A stretch of DNA of 64,000 nt from Antedon mediterranea (taxonomy: Eukaryota > Animalia > Echinodermata), in assembly GCF_964355755.1 (NCBI RefSeq), contig NC_092674.1:18724001-18788000 (forward strand), read 5' to 3'. A program made the translations under genes and the position numbers. The notes under the pieces were generated by a model. That model worked only from the letters and a program-made list of their open reading frames with translations. It ran no database searches and had not been told where the DNA came from. Every line of letters begins with the position of its first letter. Within the stretch, counting starts at the first letter, position 1. This document shows positions 1 to 11,604 of the stretch, in pieces.

Positions 1-351
1 CTAGCCTGGCCCGTGTCTAGGCTAGGCCTAGGCCTACGTATAGCCTAGCTTAGGGCCTACACTCGGTTCAGTAGGCTTACCTACCACCTAGGCCTACTAG
101 GCCAATGTTGTTGGCTATGCCTACTTCTAATTTTTTATTCTTGTTTTTAGACAGAGTCGGCCAAGATCGAGGTGGTGAGGCTTTGAAACAGAAAAGGCGC
201 CACTCTTGTAGTTGTACTATTATTATAGGCCAACTACGCGATAACTTTGTTAGAAAGTTTATGGCGCCCTCTATTTTTGTTAACTCTGAAAACTTTATTG
301 AGCATGTGTTGTGCTACAACTTAATTGTATATGTTTGTTTCTATCTTATAT

Positions 352-505
352 AAATTAATCAATCAATCAATCAGATTTATATAGCGCCAGTATCCATAAT
401 AATGTTCAAAGGCGCTTGACAAAGTTAAGCAGGAAATGCCTCTGTGTAAAAATGGGTTTTTAATCGATGTTTTCAGATGTCTTTATGTCGATTGACATTC
501 TCTTG
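352..505 (-). mobile_element. 3' end fragment of an L2-type LINE
   Basis: The minus strand reads ...KHRLKTHFYTEAFPA*, followed by an AAGCGCCTT...GGCGCTATATAAAT stem-loop and a (TGAT)n tail, all typical of L2 ends. Boundaries are approximate. Confidence 0.7.
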
Positions 506-1854
506 GAGTGTAATTGTGAACCCACAAATTTTTTCACCATTCTTTCAAATTACAATGACGTCTACTTTTCAAAGAAGAACACAAATTTAAAAATGTTCAA
601 ATTCGTAGTAATAATAATAATGTCCGTATCGTGGTCAATTCTGGACCATCGTTAGTGAATTTGTTAAAGGACACCCCTAGCATTTGTTGCGTTCAATGCG
701 AACGTCAAGGAAGTCCCTTGATGAAGGTACTTCCGATACCGTAAGCGACATCGTTTTCATATTGATTATTATATTCATATTCATTTATTATCCAGAAAAA
801 TAAAACAATAATACAAAAAGCATAAATTACATAGAACAAAAACAAGCAGAGAAAAACGTAGGACACTATCCTGGCGGATTGTCACGGATTGTCAAAAAGC
901 AAAAATATCGCTATAAAAGACTCTCCTGATAGTGCAAATTGAATTTATTTTATTTAAATGACAGTTTTCCGTTTCTATTTTGATAGACACGTGCGAACTG
1001 AGACTGAGAGTGCGTCGGACTGTCGCCCAAGGAGGTATAAAACTTATATGAATCTCTTGAGCAACGAAATAGCTAAATTACCTCAACACACTCCACTGCG
1101 ACATGAATACCACTTATTTCGCATCGTGATATTCTACAAAATACTTGATTTTCATGTTCCCACCTATATCTCGGCTATTATAAATCGGATTCTTTTGGAT
1201 AGTAGCTCAAAATAAACTGTAGATAATACTGAACATTATGATATATGTTTGAAATTGTAAAGTTACAAAAAGTATGTGTCATTTTACGTTTTAAAACTCA
1301 CCATCCATTGCCCGCTGACAGTGTGAGTTCAATTTTTTAGCTATTTTCACCACAGTGTTTTATTTGCAATTTAAGATCACTTGTATGTCATCAATCATTT
1401 TGGATAATTTCTTAAAAGAAAGCTGAATCTTCAGATTCCTTACATACTTTTCTTATGAGCATTGGCTTAAAACAGACTGTGTCAAATAACAAAATCTATT
1501 TTGAAAAAAATATAAAAAATTCTCAAAAACGCGGCACAATTCAAATAGGGTTTGCCTGTGTTCACTTGACAGACCGTTGGATTGTAGCTAAGTTTGGAGT
1601 TAATTTTTCATTATATAATTGTAAATAGCATTTGAATTTTTATATCATTCTAATGTTTGATATATAAGGAACAATTATTAGGTGTTGTTTAGTTCTATAT
1701 GTCGTGTTTTATATTCACAATAACCAAATTAAGATACCTATGTTTGAATGCTAGCGAGCTGGGATCTACCATTTATCACTCGGGTAATGGTTATGTTTAT
1801 CTTTCTGTGACCTGTTTAATGCATAGATGGTAATTATTACAAAGAAAGAAAAGA

Positions 1855-4800
1855 GTGGTTCAAGTACCTGGAACTTGTACGAGAGCTGCTCAATTCACGA
1901 AAACCTACCCACAAAAATTAAATTCAAATTCTGCAAATTCATCACTTATATTTTGTTTGCTAAATGCTCGTTCATTGCGTAACAAAAGTGATGAATTCAC
2001 AGACTTTGTTGTCAGTAATGACATTGATATCGTGTCTGTGTCTGAAACATGGCTTCGACCTGATGACAACCTCTCCATTGGAAACATAACTCCACTAGGA
2101 TATTGTTTTAAACATGTTCCTAGATTGGATAAAATCGGTGGAGGGGTTGGAATTTTATTTAAATCTAGTCTAAGTGTTGATATGAAAAGTTATGTTAATG
2201 TTTATTCTTCATTTCAATCAATACATTTACAGTTTACATTAAGTTAAAAAACAATTTATATTGTATGCATCTATAGACCACCGAGTTTGTCTGTCACCGA
2301 CTTTCTAAATGAATTTGAAAATATGATTTTTGATTATCTCATTATTCCATCAGAAGTAATTTTTTGTGGCTATTTTAATATCCACATTGATAAAAATGAG
2401 AATATCGCTGCAAATAAATTTAATCGTCTATTGCAGTCTTTCAATCTTATACAGCATGTAAATGAACCTACGCATGATGGTGGTCATTGTCTTGATCTCA
2501 TTATTACTAGAGATGTTTCTCTGATCTCGGGGATCACCGTAAAACCGGGTATCTCTGATCATTTTTCTATACTTTGTAGTCTCGACTTCAAGAAACCACC
2601 TCTTCCTAAATCTAAAATTAAAATCCGAAATATAAACAGTATTGATACAACAATATTTTCAAATGACATACAAGCTCGGTTGTCTGATATGCATGATGGT
2701 ACTTTGCAAGAAAATATTGAAAGATATATACTGTTCTTTAAGAGAAGTTATGGATAAACACGCACCTTTAAAAACAAAATGTATCAAACTAAATTCTTCA
2801 AAACCGTGGTATACTGAGGAAATTAGATCTGCGAGAAAACTCCGTCGCGTATTTGAGAGAAAATGGATGAAATCAAAAAATACCTTAGATAGACAGAAAT
2901 ATTGCTCAGGTGATCAGAAGAAGCTGTTTAAAGTTGTAAACAATCTTTTACACCGTTCTAAATCGTCGGTGCTTCCATTTTCTCACTCAGATGAGTTGCT
3001 TGCAGAAAGATTTTCCGTATTTTTAAAAAATAAAATTGTTAATATTCGTAAACTTCTTGTTAAAGATAGTGCTGGAAGTTTGTCTCATTACTTTAACAAC
3101 GACGTATGCTGTGAAAATTATAATTGTCCCTCCCTTTGTAAATTTGAACCTGCAAGTGAAAAAGAAATTTCTGAAATTGTCAAAAACTCGCCTGCTAAAT
3201 CTTGCAGTCTTGATCCAGTTCCTACTCTGTTAATTAAGAGAAATGCTGTTGTTTTTGTTCCACTAATTACACGTGTCGTTAATCTGTCTTTGGAAACTGG
3301 GGTTTTCCCAGATATTTGTAAAATCTCGCACATACGTCCTCAATTAAAGAAATCGGGTCTTGATCCTGAAAAGCTATCCAATTACAGACCAGTATCAAAT
3401 CTGTGTTTTCTTGGAAAAGTAATTGAAAAAGTGGTATCTAAACGTATACTATCACATGTAAAGGATAATTCTTTACTTGATCCGTTTCAATCAACGTATA
3501 AAGCACATCACAGTACTGAAACTGCACTGCTGCGCGTTAGCAATGATATACTTCGTGGGATGGATGTTGGAAAAGTAACTGCTTTAATTTTACTTGATTT
3601 GAGTGCTGCGTTTGATACGGTAGATCATAGTATTCTGATTGAGAGGTTGCATGCTTCTATTGTGTTGAGGGTTGTGCACTAAGATGGTGTCAATCATACT
3701 TGGCATACAGACCTCAACACATTTGTATTAGAGAGGTAATCTCTCAACCTACCGCTTTTAATGTCTCTGTTCCGCAAGGATCTGTGTTAGGTCCACAATT
3801 GTTTACAATTTATGTATATTCTATTCGTGATATCATTAAGAAATATAATCTCGAATTTCAGAGATACATTTTTCAATTGATAATTCACTCTGTGTCATGG
3901 TAGGTTTAAACTATATATCTGAGTGTCATCAGCGTAAACATGATAGCTAAGATCTTAGCTATCATGTTTACGCTGATGACACTCAGATATATAGTTTAAA
4001 CCTACCATGACACAGAGTGAATTATCAATTGAAAAATGTATCTCTGAAATTCGTGTCTGGATGATGGCCAAAAACTTTTTAAAACTTAATGATGATAAGA
4101 CTGAGTACATTCTATTTGGTTCGCAACAACAATTAGAGAAAATTCCATCTAGGAGGGTTTCCATTGGTAACTTTTGTACTAAAAATACTACACAAGTTAG
4201 AAATCTTGGTGTAATTCTGGATTCTAATATGACAATGACGGCTCATATTTAAAAAATTACGTCTGCATCGTCATATCATTTAAGAAATATTCGAGGCATT
4301 AGAAAATACTTAAATCGTGCAGCTGCTGAGCAACTTGTACATGCATTTGTTAGTTCGCGTCTCGATATGTGTAACTCCACAGGCTTCAGCGGATTCAAAA
4401 TACAGCGGCACGAGTTGTTAAAAAACTACCAAGATATGCACACATATCAAATACCTTGGAAACTTTGCATTGGCTTCCTGTTAGGTACCGCATTGTTTTT
4501 AAAATATTACTCTATGTTTTTAAGTCTATTAATGGCATGGCTCCTGAATATATTTCTGACATGCTTAGGCTGTATGTTCCCAGACGGAATCTGCGTTCTA
4601 GTGATACGCTGCTTCTACATCAACCTAAGTCTCACCACTCATGGGGAGACAGAGCTTTCACCGTTACTGCTCCTCGTCTATGGAATGCTCTACCGAGCTC
4701 TATTAGATTTTGCAAAACTGTTGATACTTTTAAAAAATTATTAAAAACACATTTATTCATTAAGGCATATGGAAATCATGAGGTTTCTTAAAGTTCTAGA

Positions 4801-5105
4801 ATTTTTTAGTATACTTTTTCCTGACTAGCATTATCGTTGGGGTGCCTCTGTTTTGGTTGTTGTCTCTGAGCACCCGGTCGTCTGTGGCAAGGAAAATGTG
4901 TATCCTGCTCCTTTGTTTGGTCACCTAGGTAGGGGTCCGGGACCGCGACAGAACGAGAACGGATGGGGACCCTCCAAAGAAATTGCATTTTATTTGTCAG
5001 GCATTTGTATGATTTGTTTTTATTTTTTTGAATGCGCCTTGAGCACTCTTGAGTGGTATGTGCGCTATAAAAATCCTGTTATTATTATTATTATTATTAT
5101 TATTA
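1855..5105 (+). mobile_element. Degraded L2-clade LINE (APE endonuclease + RT pseudo-ORF2)
   Basis: ORF pieces show APE motifs (LLNARSL, SETWL, GGGVGI, SDH) and RT motifs (NYRPVSNL, LDLSAAFDTVDH, VPQGSVLGP, YADD), ending LKTHLF. The 3' end has an L2 stem-loop and an (ATT)n tail at about 5078-5105. There are several frameshifts, stops and deletions; the 5' boundary is uncertain. Confidence 0.93.
3852..4053. repeat. Perfect 202-bp palindrome (fold-back inverted duplication) inside the L2 RT region
   Basis: 3852-3952 is the exact reverse complement of 3953-4053. The centre is AGA|TCT with no spacer. Confidence 0.97.
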
Positions 5106-7776
5106 AAGTCTGGAAATGTTCATACATAAACATAATGTAGATGTAGCGATAGTCACTGAGACATGGCTAACAGAGGAAACACAAGGTATTGTTAACTTTT
5201 GCGATTATAAAGGCGTTTTTAAAAACAGAACTGATAAAATCGGCGGTGGCGTAGCATGCTTTGCAGCGGACCACCTGGAAATCCATCCGATTGTTACGCA
5301 CACTGATTGCAAATTCGAATGCCTATGGTCAAAAATTAGCTATCGCTCTACACAGAACAGCAAAACGCGTTCTATATATATCGGAGCTATTTACTACCCG
5401 CCGTCTGCCAACTACCCCAACCAACTTTTAGAGCATGTTGGAAATGTAATTGATAGTATTTATGGAATGGATAGATTGGCAAATATCATAATACTTGGTG
5501 ACTTCAACCATCTAAACACTACCTATATGCAATCTGAATTAGGTATGGAACAAATGATTGATTTTCCTAACCATAGGAAAAATAACATACTTGATAAAGT
5601 GTTCATGAATCGACCGGAGAGATACAGTAAAGCCACTAAGTTGGCCCCCCTTAGGACGTAGCGACCATTGTTGTATACTATTGAAACCAATCCATGTTAT
5701 ACCTACCTCTAACTACACCACTTGTACTATCCAACCGTATCGTAACTCGTCGGTTAGATCATTTGGATCGTGGATCACTGCCCATGACTGGTGCCATGTT
5801 CTTGATAGCGAATCAACAAGTGTTAAAACAAATGAATTTCTTACTGTGCTTAATGGGAAATTTGCAGATTTTTTCCCCGTGAAATCGATTTGCCATAAGA
5901 AAACCGATAAGCCGTGGATGACGCCGAGAATCAAGAGATTGATTGTAGAACGACAGTTGGCCTTTTCTAGTAACCATACCCAACAATGGCGAAGGATACG
6001 TAACTCCATACAAAGAGCAATTACGCACGCGAAGGAGAAGTTTTACGCGACCTCATTAAAGTGTCTAAAAAGCAATAGTCCTGCTAGATGGCACAAAGGA
6101 ATTGTGAATCTCTGCAATCTAAAGAAAAAGGACACGTTTAACATCCCTGGTCTATCAACGCAAGCGGCTGTTGAAGTAATTAACCAACATTTTGCCACGA
6201 TTTGTAGTGAACTTTCAGCACTTGACATTACAAAACTACCAAGTTACTTACCAGCATCGGAACCCCCACCCGTTATCTACCCAGGACAAGTGAAATCTGC
6301 AATCGATAAGTTAAACATACAAAAAGCAGGACACCCAGAAGATCTACCGATCAGATTAATTAAGGAATTCTCATTTGAACTCTCTTATCCATTAGCGGAC
6401 ATTTTTAATTCTTCTTTAAATGAAGGTAATTTTCCTGAACAATGGAAAAAGGCTACTATAATACCAGTTCCTAAGGTTCCAGATGCTAATAATTGTAATG
6501 ACCTTCGGCCTATATCCCTAACACCCATTTTTTCTCGGATATTTGAAAGCTTTTTAGCGGAGTGGGTAACTAATGATATAAAAGATTCTTTAGATAGTAA
6601 GCAATTTGGTTGTCGTAGAGGCTCGTCAACTTCACACTACCTCGTAGACTTGATAAATTCTGTTGTATCTGACCTGGAGGGGGGTAGCAAATATTTAAAC
6701 TTATGTGCTGTAGACTTTACGAAGGCTTTCGATCGTGTGGATCATAATGTTGTCATAAATAAATTAATATCCATAGGAGTGAGGCCGTCCATTCTTCCTA
6801 CCGTTTGTAGTTTCCTCTTAAATCGCACATGCAATACCAAAGTTAAGGGAGCCACGTCTTCAAATTCTAATATTACTTGTGGGGTGCCCCAGGGCACGAA
6901 GTTGGGTCCCCTTCTCTTTTTGGTATTAGTCAATGATGTTGCTGAGGGAACTGACAGGCGGTAGAAATATGTGGACGACCTCACTCTTAGTGAAGTAGTT
7001 AGAAGTAGTGATAGCCAATTGTTGCAGGACACTTTAAATCAACTTGATGATTGGTGTTTGATAAATAGAGTCCTCCCCAAGCCATCCAAGTGCAATGTGA
7101 TGCGTATTTCCTTCCTAAAGTCTGACTGTCCTCCTCCCAGTTTCAATCTAAATGGCCATGATCTTAAATGTGTAAATCACATTAAACTGCTTGGTGTCAC
7201 CTTGCAGGATAACCTTAAATGGGAGATGCATATTCATGATATCGTTGCTAAAGCATGTCGACGTTTGTACACTTTAATTATACTTAAGAAAGCCAAGGCG
7301 CCTTCTAAAGATTTACTACAAGTATATACTTGCTATATACGTCCTTTAGTTGAATATGCATGCCCTGTGTGGCACAGTTCAATTACGAAAGACCAAACTA
7401 AGTCAATAGAAAGAGTTCAAAAAAGAGCTCTACGAATCATTTATGGCATGAACTATGTATCCTACGAGTCTGCTCTTAAATTGTCAGACCTTCCATCGCT
7501 AGTTAACAGAAGAGTCCAACTCTTACTGAAATTTGGTAAAGGAATAATAAAGTCCGATACATTTAGAAGCATTCTTCCACCTGTTCGTGACATTAGCAGA
7601 ACCCTGAGGTCTGCGAGTAAGCCTCTACTCAAAATCCCGTTTGGTCGTACAGAAAGATTTAGATCTTCACCAGTCCCTTTTTTAGTCCGACTCATTAATG
7701 ATGAATATTGAATAGGCTGGCACTATTTTAACTTACAGGTGGACCAATTTTAATGTGGGAAATTATTATTATTATT

Positions 7777-7807
<31 letters not shown>

Positions 7808-7920
7808 TAGTTTTACCTTTTATACATAATGTATTTATATATTTTTATCAAATTTTGTAAAATACTACTTTTCAGCCTTTTGGCTGCCGTTGTATTTTGA
7901 TGTCTTTTTATGAATAAATA
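5106..7920 (+). mobile_element. 5'-truncated CR1/L2-group LINE, ORF2 with two lesions
   Basis: APE motifs (VTETWL, GDFN, SDH) and RT motifs (LRPISLT, DFTKAFDRV, GVPQGTKLGP, KYVDD). There is a frameshift in the C run near 5650 and a TAG at 6962-6964. The 3' end has a CAGCC-TTTT-GGCTG hairpin and AATAAA. Confidence 0.92.
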
Positions 7921-9581
7921 TACCTAAATGATACTATACTAGTTTATGTCATGTTAATTTCTTCGGTTAAAAGATGTAATCAATAATTGTGGAAATTAGT
8001 TGTAGTCATAATGGTTGACCCCCTTATATAATGGACGATGACAAGACTTGGGTTGCATGAACTTGGTATGAACCTATAATTAGATAAACAGCTCAATAGG
8101 TACATATTAAAAATCACTGTTTGGTTGCAAAATTTGCACTAATAGATTCATGTGGCTGTAGATTAATGAGGTTCGTTGTAAAAAGAAGGTTCGCCCAAAC
8201 CATGAAAAAAAACGCCTGGCTATGGGTTTCACCGGGAGGGTTATAGAAAGTTACAAATACAAATTTCAGATATTGTACACGTAGAAATTAGTGCCACTCT
8301 CAGTCTCAGATAGAAAAATTGTTTTTTTATGTATCCCAAATGATTATACAGTTTAATTTTATATGAAAACAACCTCAATTCTAAAAATGTTTATGGAACA
8401 CGGATATTTTTTTCGTCTTTAAATGGTTAAAAATGTGAAAAATAAGTCGATTTTGATAATTATTTTGACATGGTCATCATCTGGACTGTCAGAGGTATCT
8501 AGCTGAGCATCATTGTCACATTTGAAAACTATAGTCTAGTATAGCGCCCTCTCTAGAGTGGTAGGTATAGGAGGACCTTAAATATTTCAAGGTATTGTTG
8601 CGGCGGCAAAATTTGCATATCGCTTGCCCGCGCGCTGAGGCGAAGCGTCGTTAGCGTGGTTTGCGAAGAGTGGCACTCAATCTCTCGACATCATTGCGTT
8701 GAGTCATAAATTCCCACAGCCAATTGTGCGTGGGACATCTAGGAGTGATTGTTTAGAGCTTATTTATCGTGGGGCGCAGTGTGCATTGGTCGCACCTCTA
8801 ACTGTATAAGCCTGACCTTTTATAAGAATTGGTAGAACCATGATGCTCATACCCGGGTGCTCATATTACTGTAGTTCAGTTATAAACCGACGGACTGGGG
8901 TGAGCGCAGTATGGCGTATTGAAACTCCTGACAAGGCTCACAGCTGAACGTGCATGGAATTCGTCGTCTCCTATGATGCTAGTCTAAGCAGCCTTTGGCA
9001 GTGGACATTGTGAGTATATAAGTTATATCTAATAGTCGCTTGATAAAAATGTATGTTTCTTATGATAATTGAAGTTCACTATAGAATTTGTTAGATTCTG
9101 GTAGTTGAACCAAAAATATAGGCCCTACCCGGAAAAAATGGTACAAAGCAAATTTTTACATCATTAGAAGCGCAATTTTATGGAGAACAACATATCCAAA
9201 ATCGACAAAAATCCAGTTTGGGGAAAACATTTTAGATACGTTTTTCTACTAGTACTGCCTCCTCTACGGGCCTAGAAATTAACACAGGGACCTGAAATGC
9301 ATTGCCAGGCCTATCTAGCACATTCCGTGACTAGGCCTAGAGTATCAAGTAGCTTAGTTTTACTCAAATTATTTACTATTGTACATTGCCTAAAATATCT
9401 ACAAATATTAATAAAATGATTATTTGTTTACCAATCTTCAAACCTTTTTGTGTTCAGGTTTGTAGTTATAGCCTACTTACAAAGTTAAATAAGAAATCTG
9501 ATGTACCACACAATCATCACACACAGTGTGAATCTGTGTTAACCTAAGGGCATTGCCTAGCTAGGGGGTTCTAGGACACCT

Positions 9582-10274
9582 TTTAGGGAATAAGTAATTC
9601 GGTCTTTACTTACCCTATTTAGAATACGGTAATGGAGTATTGTAGCAGTCAAACGATGTCCAAAAAGCTGGAAGTATCCTAGGCTCGAAGTAAATAAACT
9701 ATACGGAGTGCAGGGAACATTTTCGCCAGTGTAGCGTAGCAAAAAGCTATACAAAACAACCTTATTGCTACACATTTTGGAAATTGTGTAGCAAAAAATA
9801 CAATACAAAACTATGTTTCTCGACTTAAAAATCAGTTTGATTAGCAATATTGCTAAACAAAATTTTTAAATGAAAATTTTCCCTGGGAGTGTAGAAACCA
9901 CATATCCACACGAAGCGCGTACGTACGTGCGCAGTGTAAGGTTAGGCTAGGCTAGTTCAGGACAATAATATAATACAACGGTACAATAATTGAAAGACGA
10001 TAACATACAGTAACACGTAGTAAAATATGTAAAGTTAAAACGCTAAATATCAAAATGTAATAGTGCTAATAATTAGGACAACTAATTATTATCGTAAAAC
10101 TTGTATTAAAACTCGCAATGGTTTGCTCATAAAAAATGTCTATGTCTTCTCGTTGAAAACTTGACGCAGAGAGAGAGATCGCTCGTTGCGCGTTCGCTAT
10201 ATATTTACAACAGCAATTTGCATAACTTTACGCGTTGAGCGCACACACGCAAATATGTGTGTGAAGTTCCTACA
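9582..10274 (-). repeat. 3' LTR of the Gypsy element (contains a MITE insertion)
   Basis: Matches 18147-18654 except for the 9711-9891 insertion and a few small differences. Confidence 0.97.
9711..9885. mobile_element. 175-bp MITE with CAGGGAA...TTCCCTG termini and a 6-bp TSD
   Basis: GGAGTG is duplicated at 9705-9710 and 9886-9891. The other LTR shows the empty site with a single GGAGTG. A second copy lies at 38573-38746. Confidence 0.93.
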
Positions 10275-10290
10275 TAGCTCCCCCTAGCTC
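10275..10290 (-). other. Polypurine tract of the Gypsy element
   Basis: The minus strand reads GAGCTAGGGGGAGCTA immediately before the TG of the 3' LTR. Confidence 0.8.
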
Positions 10291-10327
10291 TTTGCCGCTA
10301 GGTGAGAGCGATAGAAAAAAAATAAGT

Positions 10328-11326
10328 TCATAAAGTTAGTAAAAAGTATTCAGGTACAGTCATGCTCATTGAATTTTTGGGCCAATGTACGTGTCGTCCG
10401 GAGCGAGTTTGGCGGGGTGGCGACGGTGCGATTGCAATGTGCGTCTCTGTCGTATGATGTTGCTGCCTGACTAGGTCCGTAGAATTAGTTTGATCCGTAT
10501 CTAAGTAAGCCGGTTTCAGTCTATCGAGACTTACTGTGTCCTGTTTTCCTGCGAGTTGTACAACGAAAAATTTGTCGCTCCTGCTAACAACTTTAAACTG
10601 GCCATTGTAAGGGCACTGTAGAGGCTTGCGGACTTTATCACAGCGAATGAAAACGTGTGTACACTTAGCTAAATCTGTATGTGCGTCTACCTTACGAGAA
10701 TTGTGTTACGTCGGTGTTGGACGTATGTTTTGCATAATGCGCTGCAGTCGATGAATATAGTTACTAGGGTCCAAATCAGCATTAGTGGGAGAAGGCGTAA
10801 CAAACTGCCCTGGCAAACGTAACGTGGTGCCGAAAACTAATTCTGCTGACGATAGCCCCAAGTCTTCCTTGACCACCGTTCGAAGACCAAGAAGTACTAG
10901 CGGTAAAGCATCTGACCATAGCTGAGGATCGTCGAGGGCTTTAAGCGAACATTTGAGTTGGCGATGGAACCTTTCTACTAATCCATTTGCTATTGGGTGG
11001 TATGATGTAGTGTGTATGCGTTTCGTACCCAGTAAGTTCACTAGCGCATTAAACAGCGATGATTCAAACTGGCTGCCACGATCGGTAGTAATGGTCGATG
11101 GTGCCCCAAACATGGACACCCATTTACAAACGAAAGCTTTAGCGACGGTTGCTGCCGAAATATCGGGAATCGGTATGGCTTCTGCCCATCTCGTAAAACG
11201 GTCAATGCATGTCAATAGGTAGCTGTTGCCATCAGACGGTGGAAGCGGACCAACAAGGTCGATGTGGACATGATCGAAACGCGCGTCTGGTGTGGCAAAA
11301 GTTCCCAACGGTGTAATAGTGTGTCG
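10328..11326 (-). pseudogene. Gypsy integrase core and C-terminus (separated from pol by the LINE)
   Basis: DDE core motifs HVHIDLVGPLP, TTDRGSQFES and ANGLVERFHR. A premature stop at 10706-10708 precedes the GPY/F-like region (PLQCPYNG). Confidence 0.92.
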
Positions 11327-11604
11327 CCCAGTTACGTACGTCTCGATTCATGCTAGGCCAAACGTATCAAGTACTCACTAACTCACATTGACTGGACAGT
11401 TCCTACGTGCTAGGCGGTTTCGACCTGCCTTGATCCACCTGTTTATGCTAGTCACACCTAGACCCAGGCATATCGACACAGAATTGGAACTAAGCACTTG
11501 ATGTTGGACCCTAGCTTTTAATATTCCTGCATTGCTGTTATTTACAAGCCTGTGGTAGGCCTACGACACTGACTTTTATTCGTTTTTGGAAAAACGACTA
11601 CTCA

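Noticed and set aside
715-755. Hammerhead-like TTGATGA-stem-GTAA motif
   Set aside because: Two core positions deviate (CUGA and GAAA) and stem I cannot be closed. At most it is a decayed Penelope-type remnant.
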